A DNA stretch of 64,000 bases, from contig OZ243927.1 of assembly GCA_965213925.1 (NCBI GenBank), forward strand, positions 1 through 64,000, given 5' to 3'. The stretch comes from Trueperaceae bacterium. Its GTDB lineage: Bacteria; Deinococcota; Deinococci; Deinococcales; Trueperaceae. The stretch's first letter is position 1. The number at the start of each line of letters is the position of its first letter. Both the position numbers and the translations under genes were made by a program. The notes under the pieces are model-generated. The model saw nothing but the letters and a program-made list of their open reading frames with translations. It had not been told where the DNA came from and ran no database searches. Shown here piece after piece: positions 53,673 to 64,000 of this stretch.

Positions 53673-54162
53673 AAGTAGAAGCCTCGTGTAATAGCGGGGC
53701 TATCCTTTTAGCACGTTTTGACAGCTATCTTACAGCTATGGGCTCAGTTGAGCCTTTCAGATGAGCACAACATAGCGGAGGCCAGAGCCTCCGCTAATAC
53801 CTTAGAGTCGGGTTGTCCTATTACAAGTTGTTGACCTTGAGCCAATACTTATGAATACGCAACATCTCAGCGTCAGGGTGGTCTTGCGGTATTAGGTCGA
53901 GGGCGTCACCCAAATTCCCTCGATCAACGCGCCTCTATTCCAGGGGTGGCAGTCGAGCCAAACGAGTGTGCCTGTGAGGTCGCTCTCGGTGTCGCGCACA
54001 GTTGCGCCAAGGGTATAGGTGTATCAATGATATGCTGCATGTCAATCCTCCAACAGGGATTCCGAAGAGGCGAGGTTGGTAGCCGGTTGCCTCTTTGGTG
54101 CTTCTATAGTACTATCTAGTTGTACTATTGTCAACTATCTATATTAGGAGTAAGATAGTGCT

Positions 54163-54555
54163 ATGGATATACGGATACGCTTAGGAGATTACTTAGATGA
54201 GCACGACATCACCCCTTACCGCTTAGCAGCGCAGGCTGAAGGCAAAGCCGCAAAAGGCACGATCTACTCACTGTCTCGAGGTGACGTTAAACGCCTCGAT
54301 CTTGCAACTTTGTCCACTGTGATAGCTGCTTTGGAGGAGCTGACCGGGAAAAGCGTCGAAATCACCGACCTTTTGGAAAAGGTGCAGCCGCGTGAAGCAG
54401 GTATGAGTGCGGCGGGCGTGCCCTACACGGGAGACCCGGAGACCGACGCGGTACTCGACGACCACCCCGACATCTTAGAGCGCATCAAGCGCGTGGAGAC
54501 GGGAAAAGAGGGCAGTCGTCCGCTTAGCGAGGTCATGGCGGAGCTGGGGCTCTGA
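54163..54555 (+). CDS. Cro/C1-type HTH antitoxin
   Basis: RLGDYLDEHDITPYRLA...RLDLATLSTV; antitoxin-like tail RPLSEVMAELGL; directly upstream of RelE. Confidence 0.75.
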   Translation: MDIRIRLGDYLDEHDITPYRLAAQAEGKAAKGTIYSLSRGDVKRLDLATLSTVIAALEELTGKSVEITDLLEKVQPREAGMSAAGVPYTGDPETDAVLDDHPDILERIKRVETGKEGSRPLSEVMAELGL

Positions 54556-54854
54556 CGTACACCGTCAAGCTCAGTGACAGCGCGGCGGCGGACTTGCGGC
54601 GCATCAAGGATAGGCGCACGCAGAAAGCCATTGCGAACGGCTTAGAGCGGCTCGAGACGGAGCCCGCGAAGCGTGGCAAGGAGCTAAAAAAAGACCTACA
54701 GGGCTACTACAGCATCCGCTTAGCGGGGCAGCGCTACCGGGCGATCTATAGCGTCGTCGTGAGTGAGGGCGAGGTAGAGGTGTTGGTTATCGGTATTAGG
54801 AAAGAGAGGGACAAGCGCGATGTTTACGAAGTCGGGAAGAAGCGTCTTCGCTGA
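54552..54854 (+). CDS. RelE/ParE family toxin (probable CTG start)
   Basis: (M)TYTVKLSDSAAADLRRI...LQGYYSIRLAGQRYRAIY...IGIR..RDVY. Confidence 0.85.
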   Translation: MTYTVKLSDSAAADLRRIKDRRTQKAIANGLERLETEPAKRGKELKKDLQGYYSIRLAGQRYRAIYSVVVSEGEVEVLVIGIRKERDKRDVYEVGKKRLR

Positions 54855-54867
54855 GGAGGTGCAAAAT

Positions 54868-55113
54868 ATGACTGTGAACGACTACATGAGGCTCGAGTAC
54901 CCTCACGAGGTCATCTCTTTACCCGCCGACGAGGGTGGCAGTGTATACGTTCGCTGTCCTGACTTCGGCGCAGCAGCGGCGCAGGGCGACGGGGCGACCT
55001 TAGAGGCAGCGCTCGCCGAGGCGAACGAAGCGAAGCGCCTTACTATTGAGGTCTTGTTAGAGGACGGTCGGGATGTAGAGCCACTGCTGATCAGCAGTGG
55101 CTCTGTGCGTTAG
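54868..55113 (+). CDS. HicB-like antitoxin (no HicA seen)
   Basis: DEGGSVYVRCPDF...GDGATLEAALAEANEA; GAGGAGG SD. Confidence 0.75.
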   Translation: MTVNDYMRLEYPHEVISLPADEGGSVYVRCPDFGAAAAQGDGATLEAALAEANEAKRLTIEVLLEDGRDVEPLLISSGSVR

Positions 55114-55344
55114 CGCGGTTACAACCCTACAACCACAGCGTCAACCGAGGTCGTCTGGCCCAACTCTATTCTTGTAGCCTTTGCATCAATTATTGACACA
55201 CTGAGAGCGTTGCTTCGCAAAACTGCGTACACCATTGGTACAAAGCTTCGCGTCCGCGTGGTCGCGTCCCGCTAGCGACTTCGTGAACGCATCCGCTCGG
55301 GGGTCTTTAACAGGTGTGGCAAAGACCCCTGCAAATACTATTGG

Positions 55345-55440
55345 TTAAAAAGCTTGTCAGGCTTGCGGCGCTGCTTACCCTTTGCTCACCGGAAAGGTGC
55401 GCGTATACATCCACCATGAAGCCCACCTTCGCGTGACCTG
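55345..55440 (-). pseudogene. C-terminal remnant of a tyrosine integrase
   Basis: GHAKVGFMVDVYAHLSGEQRVSSAASLTSFL aligns with LGHSDIRVTSRIYEHIHDKQRRAAALSLDELL of the intact integrase. Confidence 0.6.
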
Positions 55441-55655
55441 AGGGTCCGCCAGCACTTTTGGGTCCATGCCCTCTCGGATGGCGAGCGAAGCGTGGAGGTG
55501 GTGCAGACCATGTAGACGAGCACGAGGCACCCCTGCTTCGACGTTGCTTGCCTCTTGCCAAATAGTGCGTCAACGTTTTACAGTGGCTTCAAAGCTCACA
55601 GGAAGGCTCCGAAGCGTCGCCTAAAGAGACGCTGGAAACCAAGGAGGCAGGCAAG

Positions 55656-56699
55656 GTGATTGCAGCGCGGATACACGGCACGCGCGACGTGCGGCTCGAC
55701 GAGGTGGCGCAGCCTGAACCCGGAGGGGACGAACTGCTCGTGCGCGTCCTGTCGGTAGGACTTTGCGGTAGCGACCTGCACTACTACGCGGAGTCGGGCA
55801 TCGGCGCAGTGAAGGTGGCGGAGCCTGCGATTTTGGGGCACGAGTTCGCCGCCGAAGTGGTGGACGAACGCGCTGAGGAATTCGGGCTAATAAGAGGTCA
55901 ACTCGTCGCGGTGGACCCGGCGCTGCCCTGCTTTTCATGCGAGTGGTGCCTGCGCGGACACCACAACCTCTGCCCGAACGTGCGCTTCGCGGGTGCGCCG
56001 CCCTATCCTGGCGGGTTAGCGGAGTACTTCACCGCGCCGCGCCATCTCCTTTTTCCTGTGCCCGATACGTTCACGGCAGACGAAACTGCGCTCTTGGAAC
56101 CGCTCGGCGTGGCGATCCACGCGCTCGACTTGGCGCGGCTTAAACCTCTCGAGAGCGTCGCTATCTTAGGCGCGGGACCGATTGGGCTTTTGCTGTTGCA
56201 AGTTGCAAGGCAGGTGGGCGCAGGTGACATCTACGTCATCGACCCCTTAGCGTACCGCGCAGAGAAGGCGAAGGAACTCGGTGCGGATGAGGTCTCAACG
56301 GGCTTGGGGTCCATCCAAACCTGGACGAAAGAGCGCGGCGTGGATGTCGTGCTCGAGGCGACCAACTCACCTGAGGGCGTTCAGCACGCCATAGAAGCGG
56401 TGCGCATCGGCGGCAGAATCGTCTTGGTCGGCATCCCCGACGGAGACACGAACACCTTTACGGCGTCCCACGCGCGGCGCAAGGGGCTCACCATCAAATA
56501 TTCACGCCGCATGAACCACGTCTACCCGAGGGCGATAGACCTCCTCCGCAAAGGGCTCGTCAACCTCTCCACGCTCGTCACGCACCGCTTTTTGCTCAGC
56601 CAAACGGACGAGGCGTTCGCGCTGCAAGCGAGCTATGAGGATGGCGTCATCAAGACCGTCGTGTACCAAGAGGCGCACCAGGAGGACGAACCGATGTAA
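55656..56699 (+). CDS. Zn-dependent polyol (sorbitol/iditol-type) dehydrogenase
   Basis: [11 protein letters not shown], CxxCxxC-x7-C, GAGPIG. Confidence 0.9.
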   Translation: MIAARIHGTRDVRLDEVAQPEPGGDELLVRVLSVGLCGSDLHYYAESGIGAVKVAEPAILGHEFAAEVVDERAEEFGLIRGQLVAVDPALPCFSCEWCLRGHHNLCPNVRFAGAPPYPGGLAEYFTAPRHLLFPVPDTFTADETALLEPLGVAIHALDLARLKPLESVAILGAGPIGLLLLQVARQVGAGDIYVIDPLAYRAEKAKELGADEVSTGLGSIQTWTKERGVDVVLEATNSPEGVQHAIEAVRIGGRIVLVGIPDGDTNTFTASHARRKGLTIKYSRRMNHVYPRAIDLLRKGLVNLSTLVTHRFLLSQTDEAFALQASYEDGVIKTVVYQEAHQEDEPM

Positions 56700-56775
56700 A
56701 ACGCCAAGCATCACGCAACCGCCCCCCTACCCATCTGCCTTCCCGACGAAATCCTCGACGAAAAGGAGACCCGCT

Positions 56776-58104
56776 ATGAAACGAACCCTCGGAGCCCTGC
56801 TCATCCTCAGCTTAGGTGTTTTAGGTTACGCGCAGGAGTGGAGCTTATCCGAAGCCGCCGCGCCCTATGAGGGCACGACCATCACCGCGATGTTTTTAGA
56901 CCGCCCCGGCTACCAAGCGGCGATAGAACTCATCCCGCAGTTCGAGGAGCAGACCGGCATCAACGTGGAGTGGGAAATCTTGCCGTACGAGAACACGCGC
57001 GAGCGCGAGGTTTTGGACTTCACCTCGGGCAGTTCCGAACTCGACGTGATCTTAGTGGACGTGGTGTGGATAGGCGAGTTCGCGGCGGCGGGCTGGCTCG
57101 AGCCCTTAGAGCAGTACTACAACGACCCCGAGTTGGCCAACCCCAACCTCAACTTGGACGACTTCTTCCCGGTGCTGCTCGACTCATTCGGCACCTGGGA
57201 CGGCACGGTTTACGGCTTGCCCTTCGACAACTACTCCGGGCTGCTGTTCTACAACCAGTGCATGTTAGAAGAAGCCGGCTTTGACGGTCCGCCCGAGACC
57301 TGGACGGCGCTCAAAGACGAATACGGACCCGCACTGACGGGCGACGGTCAGTACGCTTTCGCCTTGCAGTCGCGGCGCGGCGAGACGCAGAGCGCCGACT
57401 CGTTCATGCGCGTTTTATGGCCCTTCGGCGGTGCGCTTATCAACAACGAGACCTTCGAGCCCGTCGTCGCGGATGAGAACAGCTTGCAAGGCCTCACCTT
57501 CCGGCAGGAGCTGATGGAGTACATGCCCGAAGGCATCGTGGACTACGACCACGCCGAGGCGGTGCAGGCGCTCGCGCAGGGCAACGTGGCGATGATCACC
57601 GAGTGGTCGTCCTTTTACGCCACGCTGAACGACCCGGAGCAGTCGCAGATCGTGGACTGCTTGGGGGTCGCGCCTGAACCCGCCGGTAGTGACGGGCGCG
57701 TGCCCGCGCTGGGCGGCTTTTCGCTCGGCGTCAATACGAACTCGAGCGACGACGAAAAGACCGCCTCCTGGCTCTTCATCCAGTGGGTCACCTCCGCCGA
57801 ACTCGCCGAGGAATACGTGCGGGCAGGCGGCGTGAGCGGGCGGCAGAGCGCCTACGAAGGTTCTGAGATTTTAGAGGAATTCTCCTACATCGAGCCGATG
57901 ATCGCAGGTTGGGAAGCGACTGTGCCGTATTTCCGTCCGCGCTTCCCGGAGTGGCCCGCCATCTCTGAAATCATCGCCGAGGTCGGCACGACCATGATGC
58001 TCGGTCAGATTTCGGTCGAAGAGGGGGCGCAGCAGGTCGCGGACCAAACACGCGCAATTCTGGAGCAGGCGGGCTACTACGGCGACCGGGAGAAGATTCA
58101 GTAG
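56776..58104 (+). CDS. Carbohydrate ABC transporter substrate-binding protein
   Basis: Signal peptide; [28 protein letters not shown] before ATG 56776. Confidence 0.9.
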   Translation: MKRTLGALLILSLGVLGYAQEWSLSEAAAPYEGTTITAMFLDRPGYQAAIELIPQFEEQTGINVEWEILPYENTREREVLDFTSGSSELDVILVDVVWIGEFAAAGWLEPLEQYYNDPELANPNLNLDDFFPVLLDSFGTWDGTVYGLPFDNYSGLLFYNQCMLEEAGFDGPPETWTALKDEYGPALTGDGQYAFALQSRRGETQSADSFMRVLWPFGGALINNETFEPVVADENSLQGLTFRQELMEYMPEGIVDYDHAEAVQALAQGNVAMITEWSSFYATLNDPEQSQIVDCLGVAPEPAGSDGRVPALGGFSLGVNTNSSDDEKTASWLFIQWVTSAELAEEYVRAGGVSGRQSAYEGSEILEEFSYIEPMIAGWEATVPYFRPRFPEWPAISEIIAEVGTTMMLGQISVEEGAQQVADQTRAILEQAGYYGDREKIQ

Positions 58105-58652
58105 TGTTGGAGCAAGCGGACAAGGCGCTTGACGAGGTGAGGTCGGTCTTCCAAAACCTCACCTCCGAAGCGTCCGAAACGCTCGTCCGCGAGGTAAGCA
58201 GCGCAGAGCGTCTCGCGCTCTACGGCGTTGGGCGCGAAGGGCTCATGATGAAAGCCTTTGCGATGCGGCTCTTTCACTTGGGGTTGAACGCACACGTAGT
58301 CGGCGACATGACCGCGCCACCTCTTGGCGCGGGCGACCTCTTGGTGGTGAGCGCCGGACCGGGGGAGTTCTCGACGGTACTCGCGCTCATGGGCGTCGCA
58401 AAGGAGGCGGGCGCGAAGACGCTGGTGGTCACGGCGCAACCGGGGGGCGAAGCGGCGAGGCGTGCGGACGCAGTGGTGCACTTGCCCGCGCAGACGATGG
58501 CGGATGACCAAGCAGGAGACTCCGTGCTGCCGATGGGCAGCCTTTACGAAACGGCGCAGCTCCTCTTTTTCGAGTTCATCGTGCTCGAGTTACGCGACCA
58601 TCTAAACGAAAGTGCCGAGACGATGCGCTCGAGGCACACGAACCTCGAGTAG
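58104..58652 (+). CDS. SIS-domain isomerase, 6-phospho-3-hexuloisomerase (HxlB/PHI)-like
   Basis: [31 protein letters not shown]. Confidence 0.85.
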   Translation: MLEQADKALDEVRSVFQNLTSEASETLVREVSSAERLALYGVGREGLMMKAFAMRLFHLGLNAHVVGDMTAPPLGAGDLLVVSAGPGEFSTVLALMGVAKEAGAKTLVVTAQPGGEAARRADAVVHLPAQTMADDQAGDSVLPMGSLYETAQLLFFEFIVLELRDHLNESAETMRSRHTNLE

Positions 58653-58765
58653 AAGGAGGCCTATTTTGATTTTGTGTACGCACGTTCAACAGGCTTACTG
58701 TGGAAGCAATTCAATCTCGTGCGCACAAAATTATCTCGAGTTGAAGTCATGTTTGGAGTCTTGAT

Positions 58766-59644
58766 ATGTGGCGTGCAAGAGGTATAACCTGGCTCTTTTT
58801 ACTCCCCGCCGTCGTCACCCTGTTGGCGGTCGGGCTCTACCCGCTCCTCTTCGCGCTCAGCATCTCATTTCGCCAGTACGTCATCACTAAGCCGTACCTG
58901 GGCACGGGCTTTATCGGCTTTAGTAACTACGCTCAAGTGATGAACGACCCGACCTTTTGGTCGTCACTCGGGCGCACCTTTTGGTTTTTGGTCATCGTTT
59001 TATCGGTACAAGTGATCCTCGGGCTCTTTATCGCCCTCTTGCTCAACCGACCCGGCTTGACTTTTCTAAAACGCCTCACCCAAACGACGCTGGTCATCCC
59101 GCTCGCCACGACCTACGCCGTCGTCGGGCTTATCGGGCGGCTCATGTTCAACGACGCCTTTGGCATCGTCAACTTCTTCTTGACGCGCTTAGGTCTCGAG
59201 CGGATTCAGTGGCTCGGCAACCCCGACACCGCCTTCGCCGCGATTATGCTCATGGACATCTGGCAGTGGACGCCCTTCGTGGCGCTCGTCTTTTTGGCAG
59301 GGCTTTCGACCGTGCCCGAGGACATCAAAGACGCCGCGCGGTTAGAAACCAACAATCCCTTTAGGTTCTTTCGCGCGATTCAACTGCCCTACCTGTTGCC
59401 GGGGCTGACCATCATCCTTATCCTGCGGAGCGCCGACATCTTGAAGCTCTTCGATATGGTCTTCGTGATGACGCGAGGGGGTCCCGGCACAGCGACCGAA
59501 CTCATCAGCATCTATATCCAGCGGGTCGGCTTTCGGGTCTTCGACCAAGGGGTCGCCTCGGCGATGGCGATTCTGCTCCTTATCATGACGATCATCTTGG
59601 CGCAGCTCTACATGCGCTTCTTCTACCGCGAGGGGGTGAGCTGA
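58766..59644 (+). CDS. Carbohydrate ABC transporter permease
   Basis: [18 protein letters not shown]-like loop DAARLE. Confidence 0.92.
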   Translation: MWRARGITWLFLLPAVVTLLAVGLYPLLFALSISFRQYVITKPYLGTGFIGFSNYAQVMNDPTFWSSLGRTFWFLVIVLSVQVILGLFIALLLNRPGLTFLKRLTQTTLVIPLATTYAVVGLIGRLMFNDAFGIVNFFLTRLGLERIQWLGNPDTAFAAIMLMDIWQWTPFVALVFLAGLSTVPEDIKDAARLETNNPFRFFRAIQLPYLLPGLTIILILRSADILKLFDMVFVMTRGGPGTATELISIYIQRVGFRVFDQGVASAMAILLLIMTIILAQLYMRFFYREGVS

Positions 59645-60525
59645 TGGCAACACAAGCACCGACCAGGACGCAGAGCGAGGCGTCTTCGCCTGCCAAAAAG
59701 AGGGCGCGGCGGCGCTGGGTGGGCGCGGCGCTCGAGGGCGCGGCGCTCGTCCTCATCCTGCTCTTCACGCTCTTCCCCTTCTATTGGATGGTCGCGACCT
59801 CGCTCAAGACGACGAACCAGACCTTCGCGTTTCCGCCGGTCTGGTTGTTCACGCCGACCTTTGAGCACTACCAGACGGCGCTCGGTCGGGGCAACGTCGG
59901 CGGTGCACTCCTCAACTCGCTCATCGTCTCGGGGCTGACGACCTTTCTGGCGGTCGCTTTAGGTGCGCCTGCTTCCTACGCGCTGGCACGCTTCGACTTT
60001 CCCGGCAAAAAGCACCTTTTCTTCTGGTTTATCACCAACCGGATGGTCTCGCCCATCGTCTTGGCGCTGCCCTTCTTCTTGCTCGGACGCAGCGTCGGGC
60101 TCATCGACACCTACTGGATTCTGGTGCTGGTTTACCTGACCTTCACCACGCCCATCGTCGTCTGGATTTGCACCGACCAGTTTCGGACCATCCCTAGAGA
60201 GTTAGACGAAGCGGCGCTCCTAGACGGCGCGACCATCCCGACTGCCTTTTTCCGCGTCGTCTTGCCCTTGGCCCGCCCCGGTATCGTCGTCTCGGCGATT
60301 CTATGCTTTATCTTTTCTTGGAACGAACTGCTCTATCCGCTGGTCTTAACCCGCAACACTGCGACCACCGCGCCCGTCGCGGCGACCTCGTTCATGAGCG
60401 GCTACGAACTGCCTTGGGGTGAAATCATGGCGACAGGGAGCCTCATCGTCTTGCCCGTCATCGTCTTTGCGCTCTTGGTGTCGCGCCAGTTTATTCGTGG
60501 GCTCACGATGGGAGCCGTTAAATGA
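59644..60525 (+). CDS. Carbohydrate ABC transporter permease
   Basis: [28 protein letters not shown]. Confidence 0.92.
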   Translation: MATQAPTRTQSEASSPAKKRARRRWVGAALEGAALVLILLFTLFPFYWMVATSLKTTNQTFAFPPVWLFTPTFEHYQTALGRGNVGGALLNSLIVSGLTTFLAVALGAPASYALARFDFPGKKHLFFWFITNRMVSPIVLALPFFLLGRSVGLIDTYWILVLVYLTFTTPIVVWICTDQFRTIPRELDEAALLDGATIPTAFFRVVLPLARPGIVVSAILCFIFSWNELLYPLVLTRNTATTAPVAATSFMSGYELPWGEIMATGSLIVLPVIVFALLVSRQFIRGLTMGAVK

Positions 60526-61421
60526 GTGCGGCTTTCGGGCTCAACCTCTCGTTCGCCGCCAAGCGCTGGCCGGAGCCCGAGGTGTGGGCGGACAAGGTGA
60601 GAGAGCTAGACGTCACTCTCGTCCAGTTCTCCTTCGACCTCTTAGACCCCTGGTGGCCCGCCGAACTCGCCTATCCTTTAGCTAAACGTGTGCGGCAAGC
60701 GGCTGAAGCGAACGATTTGGAGATACACAGCGCCTTTGTAGGCTTGGCAGCCTACACCTACAACGCGCTCTTGCACCCCGACAGGGAGGGTCGTGAGGCG
60801 GCGCTCAAATGGTTCAAAAATGCCGTAGACCTCGCGGCGGAAATGGGCGTCAAGGCGATAGGGGGTCCGGTCGGAGGCTTGAGCGTCGCGCACGCGCAGA
60901 GACCCGAGCACGCCAGAAAGGGCTATCAGCACCTTTTGGAAAGCCTCGTCGAACTGACCGACTACGCAAAGGCTCAGGGTTTGACGGGCTGGCTCATCGA
61001 GCCGACGCCGTTAGAGAGAGAAGTCCCCTGGACGGTTCAAGGTGCGGAGACGCTGCTGAGCGATCTAGGCGAGACTGCGGTGCCCGTCACCTACACGGTG
61101 GATGTGGGGCACGCCCTTTACAGACCTCTTTACGGCGATGGTGCGGGGCTAGAACCCTGGTTCCGGGGGCTCGGTGAGCACATCGGCCTCATCCACCTGC
61201 AACAGACCGACGGGCAAAGCGACTCGCACTGGGGCTTTACGAAAGAGGGCGTTGTACGGCCCGGAGAGGTGGCGCGGTTCGCTAAGGAGGCTGGCTTAAA
61301 CGTGCCGCTAGTGCTCGAGGTCTTCTACCCCTTCGAGTTAGACGACAAAGAGGTCTGGGCGGACCTCAAAGAGAGCGTGCGTGTCTGTCAAGAGAGGTTG
61401 GGGTCTCTTCGGATACCGTAG
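60522..61421 (+). CDS. TIM-barrel sugar-phosphate isomerase/epimerase (EryC-like)
   Basis: [34 protein letters not shown]. Confidence 0.75.
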   Translation: MSAAFGLNLSFAAKRWPEPEVWADKVRELDVTLVQFSFDLLDPWWPAELAYPLAKRVRQAAEANDLEIHSAFVGLAAYTYNALLHPDREGREAALKWFKNAVDLAAEMGVKAIGGPVGGLSVAHAQRPEHARKGYQHLLESLVELTDYAKAQGLTGWLIEPTPLEREVPWTVQGAETLLSDLGETAVPVTYTVDVGHALYRPLYGDGAGLEPWFRGLGEHIGLIHLQQTDGQSDSHWGFTKEGVVRPGEVARFAKEAGLNVPLVLEVFYPFELDDKEVWADLKESVRVCQERLGSLRIP

Positions 61422-61429
61422 CGAGGAAG

Positions 61430-62932
61430 CTAACCTCTCAATCCCTGCGCTAAAGCGTAATAAAGGTCGTTTTGCCGCAATTCATCCTTGAAGTCTCTAA
61501 GCCGCGTGTCGCTGCCGATCACGACGAGTTCGACGCCCGCAATCTCAGCGAAGTCCTCCATGTGCTCCGCTCTAAGTGCGTAGCTGTACACCGTGTGATG
61601 CGCTCCGCCTGCGTAAATCCAGGCGGCGAGCGCCGTCTTAAAGTCGGGCTGGCACTCCCAGACCGCGCGGGCAACGGGTAGTTTAGGAAGGTCAGGATGC
61701 TCAACTGCCGTCACCTCGTTTAAGACGAGCCGAAAGCGGTTGCCCATATCGATGAGTGACACATTGACGGCGTCACCCGGCGGCGCGTCGAACACCAGGC
61801 GCACCGGGTCTTCCTTGCCGCCGATGCCCAAGGGGTGAACCTCGAGCCTCGGTTTACCCTTGGCGATACTCGGACAAACCTCCAACATATGCGAGCCCAA
61901 GACCTGCTGCTTGCCCGGCTCTAAGTGATAGGTGTAGTCCTCCATAAACGAAGTCCGCTCCCCGCTCGCCATCACCTTCATCGCACGGAGTAAAACGGCG
62001 GTTTTCCAGTCGCCTTCCGCCCCGAAGCCGTAACCGTCCTTCATCAAGCGTTGGACGGCTAAGCCGGGGAGCTGCTTGAGCCCGTACAAATCCTCAAACG
62101 TCGTGGTGAAGCCTTTGAAACCGCCCGCTTCTAAAAAGCTGCGGAGTCCTAATTCTTGCCGCGCTCCGTATCTGAGCGATTCGTGTTGCTCACCGCCCTT
62201 ACGAAGCTCAGGCGTCACCTCATAAGCCGCTTCGTATTCCTCTATTAGGTCATCTACTGCACCCTCAGCGACCGCGTCGACCTCTCCGACTAAATCGCCT
62301 ACGCCGTAACCGTTGACCGAGCAGCCGAACCTCATCTCGGCGGCGACCTTGTCCCCTTCGGTCACGGCGACTTGGCGCATGTTGTCACCGAAGCGGGCGA
62401 ACTTGGCACCCTGCAAATCGCTCCAGGCGTGCGCGACCCTCGCCCACACGCCGACCTCCTCTTGCACGTCAGGGTCAGACCAGTGTCCCACCACAACCTT
62501 GCGCCCCAAACGCATCCTGGAGTGCAAAAAGCCCGCCTCGCGGTCGCCGTGCGCCGCCTGGTTGAGGTTCATAAAGTCCATGTCAATCTCAGACCAGGGC
62601 AGGTCGCGGTTGTATTGGGTATGGAGGTGACAAAAAGGCTTAGTAAGTTGGGAAAGCCCGCCTATCCACATCTTGGCAGGGGAAAAGGTGTGCATCCATA
62701 GGATCAGCCCGGCGCAACTTGGGTCGGCGTTCGCGTCTAGCAGCAGCTTGCGAACGTCGTCCGGAGTGGTTAGGAGCGCTTTGTACCTGATGCTTAAAGG
62801 GACAGCGTCGCTGTCATTCAGGGCGTTCGCGACCTCTTTGGCGTTCGCCGCGACCTCGTCTAAGGGACCGGGTCCATAGAGGTGCTGCGAGCCGCAGACG
62901 AACCAGATCGAGGGGTGCTCGAGGTGCTTCAA
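61430..62932 (-). CDS. araA: L-arabinose isomerase
   Basis: [47 protein letters not shown]. Confidence 0.97.
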   Translation of the reverse strand: MKHLEHPSIWFVCGSQHLYGPGPLDEVAANAKEVANALNDSDAVPLSIRYKALLTTPDDVRKLLLDANADPSCAGLILWMHTFSPAKMWIGGLSQLTKPFCHLHTQYNRDLPWSEIDMDFMNLNQAAHGDREAGFLHSRMRLGRKVVVGHWSDPDVQEEVGVWARVAHAWSDLQGAKFARFGDNMRQVAVTEGDKVAAEMRFGCSVNGYGVGDLVGEVDAVAEGAVDDLIEEYEAAYEVTPELRKGGEQHESLRYGARQELGLRSFLEAGGFKGFTTTFEDLYGLKQLPGLAVQRLMKDGYGFGAEGDWKTAVLLRAMKVMASGERTSFMEDYTYHLEPGKQQVLGSHMLEVCPSIAKGKPRLEVHPLGIGGKEDPVRLVFDAPPGDAVNVSLIDMGNRFRLVLNEVTAVEHPDLPKLPVARAVWECQPDFKTALAAWIYAGGAHHTVYSYALRAEHMEDFAEIAGVELVVIGSDTRLRDFKDELRQNDLYYALAQGLRG

Positions 62933-62953
62933 GGTGTGGTCTCACTGTTCACG

Positions 62954-63646
62954 TCACTGCCCGTAGACCTTTTGATAGCGTTCGTAAAGCTTGACGATGT
63001 TCTCCTCTTCAATAGGGATGGGCGAGCCGAGGTGCACCGCCAAGTAAGAGGTGCGAGCCACGTCTTCACACATGACGGCAGCTTTCACGGCGTCTTTAGG
63101 CGTTTTGCCGAGTGCGAACACGCCGTGGTTTTGCAAGATGAGCGCGGGCGAAAGGTGGTCTTTCAAAACGCGCACGACCTCTTTGCCGATCTCCTCGCCG
63201 CCGATGAGCGCAAAGCCGCCGATGGGAATCGGACCGCCGAATTCGTCCGCCATCGCCGTTAAAAAGCAGGGAATCTCTTTACCCACGGCTGCCCACGCCG
63301 TGGCGTAGGGGCTGTGCGTATGAACGATACCCCCGACTTCAGGCATGTGTTTGTAGATATAAGCGTGCGTCGCGGTGTCAGACGAAAACTTGTTTTCGCT
63401 GCGATTCTCCAAGGTCTCAAGCTCGACTTCGCACATGCTCTCAGGCGTTAAATCTTCAAACATCACACCCGAGGGCTTGATGACCATCGTGCCGCTGTCT
63501 AAGCGTCCGCTGATGTTGCCGCTCGTCCAACTCACCAAATTGTTTTCGGGTAGATAGGCGTGGAGTCTGCAGACCTCATGGTACAAGTTTAGGAGATTGA
63601 GGTCGGTTGTTCCGAGGGACTTTTTAGGAGGGTTGGCTGAGGTCAC
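62954..63646 (-). CDS. araD: L-ribulose-5-phosphate 4-epimerase
   Basis: WTSGNIS, IKPSGV, SSDTATH, HTHS, NHG. Confidence 0.93.
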   Translation of the reverse strand: MTSANPPKKSLGTTDLNLLNLYHEVCRLHAYLPENNLVSWTSGNISGRLDSGTMVIKPSGVMFEDLTPESMCEVELETLENRSENKFSSDTATHAYIYKHMPEVGGIVHTHSPYATAWAAVGKEIPCFLTAMADEFGGPIPIGGFALIGGEEIGKEVVRVLKDHLSPALILQNHGVFALGKTPKDAVKAAVMCEDVARTSYLAVHLGSPIPIEEENIVKLYERYQKVYGQ

Positions 63647-64000
63647 GTCTCTACCTCCCGAGCCCCCGCTTCCACTTGTTCTCGAGCCTCCCCCCGGCGC
63701 TTTCTCGCTTGACGCCGCACCCTCTTGAGCGTCTTCATGACACCGTTCTCGCCCCGCCCGAAGAGGTCGTAGAGCCGCTTGTACTCTCTGTAAAGCGTAT
63801 TGTAAGCCTCTTGGTTTTCGGGGATTGGGGAGATGACGTCGTCCTCGAGCTTGCCCATCTTTTCAGCCGCACGCTGAATATCGGGGTAGACCCCGGCGGC
63901 GACGGCGGCGTGCATCGCAGAGCCTAGCGCGGGCGCTTGCGACGAGCCCGCCAGCTTGAGCGTTCGTCCGGTTACGTCGGCGTAGATTTGTAGGAGCAGG
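63643..64000 (-). CDS. araB: Ribulokinase, C-terminal part (runs off window)
   Basis: LLQIYADVTG...ALGSAMHAAVAAG...LYREYKRLYDLFGRG; upstream of araD and araA. Confidence 0.85.
   Translation of the reverse strand, partial: LLLQIYADVTGRTLKLAGSSQAPALGSAMHAAVAAGVYPDIQRAAEKMGKLEDDVISPIPENQEAYNTLYREYKRLYDLFGRGENGVMKTLKRVRRQARKRRGEAREQVEAGAREVET

Noticed and set aside
53435..53764. 109-aa ORF after the integrase
   Set aside because: Spans attR and the arm sites, has no recognisable motif and would be broken on excision; likely spurious.
53820..54040. Small minus-strand gene with a GGAGG SD, divergent from the HTH antitoxin
   Set aside because: The frame closes early and no family is recognisable; possibly a decayed gene but unsupported.
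56635..56775. N-terminal extension of the sugar-binding protein
   Set aside because: Signal peptide and SD begin at 56776.

Overview
GC-rich bacterial chromosome segment, most likely Deinococcota (Truepera-like; inferred from the TilS-TadA fusion, ribosomal protein sequences, leaderless -10/start architecture and abundant CTCGAG). Layout: transport and housekeeping genes with tRNA-Ser (1-13 kb); the contiguous str-S10-spc-alpha ribosomal superoperon on the minus strand (13.3-33.7 kb); an AT-richer patch of broken toxin-antitoxin and other genes (34-37 kb); ABC permeases, a Ser/Thr kinase and MoxR/DUF58 (37-43.5 kb); a tRNA Lys-Glu-Val cluster. A 9458-bp element is integrated in tRNA-Val(TAC) (att repeats at 44147 and 53605). 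It encodes a rolling-circle HUH Rep, Xis, a tyrosine integrase and an AT-rich six-gene operon: nucleotidyltransferase-like, HTH-ImmA/IrrE Zn-peptidase, DUF4186-like Cys-rich, radical SAM, ASCH and P-loop kinase. This operon is the best candidate for an undescribed nucleotide-modifying defence system. Remnants of a second tandem element with TA genes follow, then a polyol/sugar uptake-catabolism operon and araBDA. All family assignments come from motif recognition by eye, not database searches.
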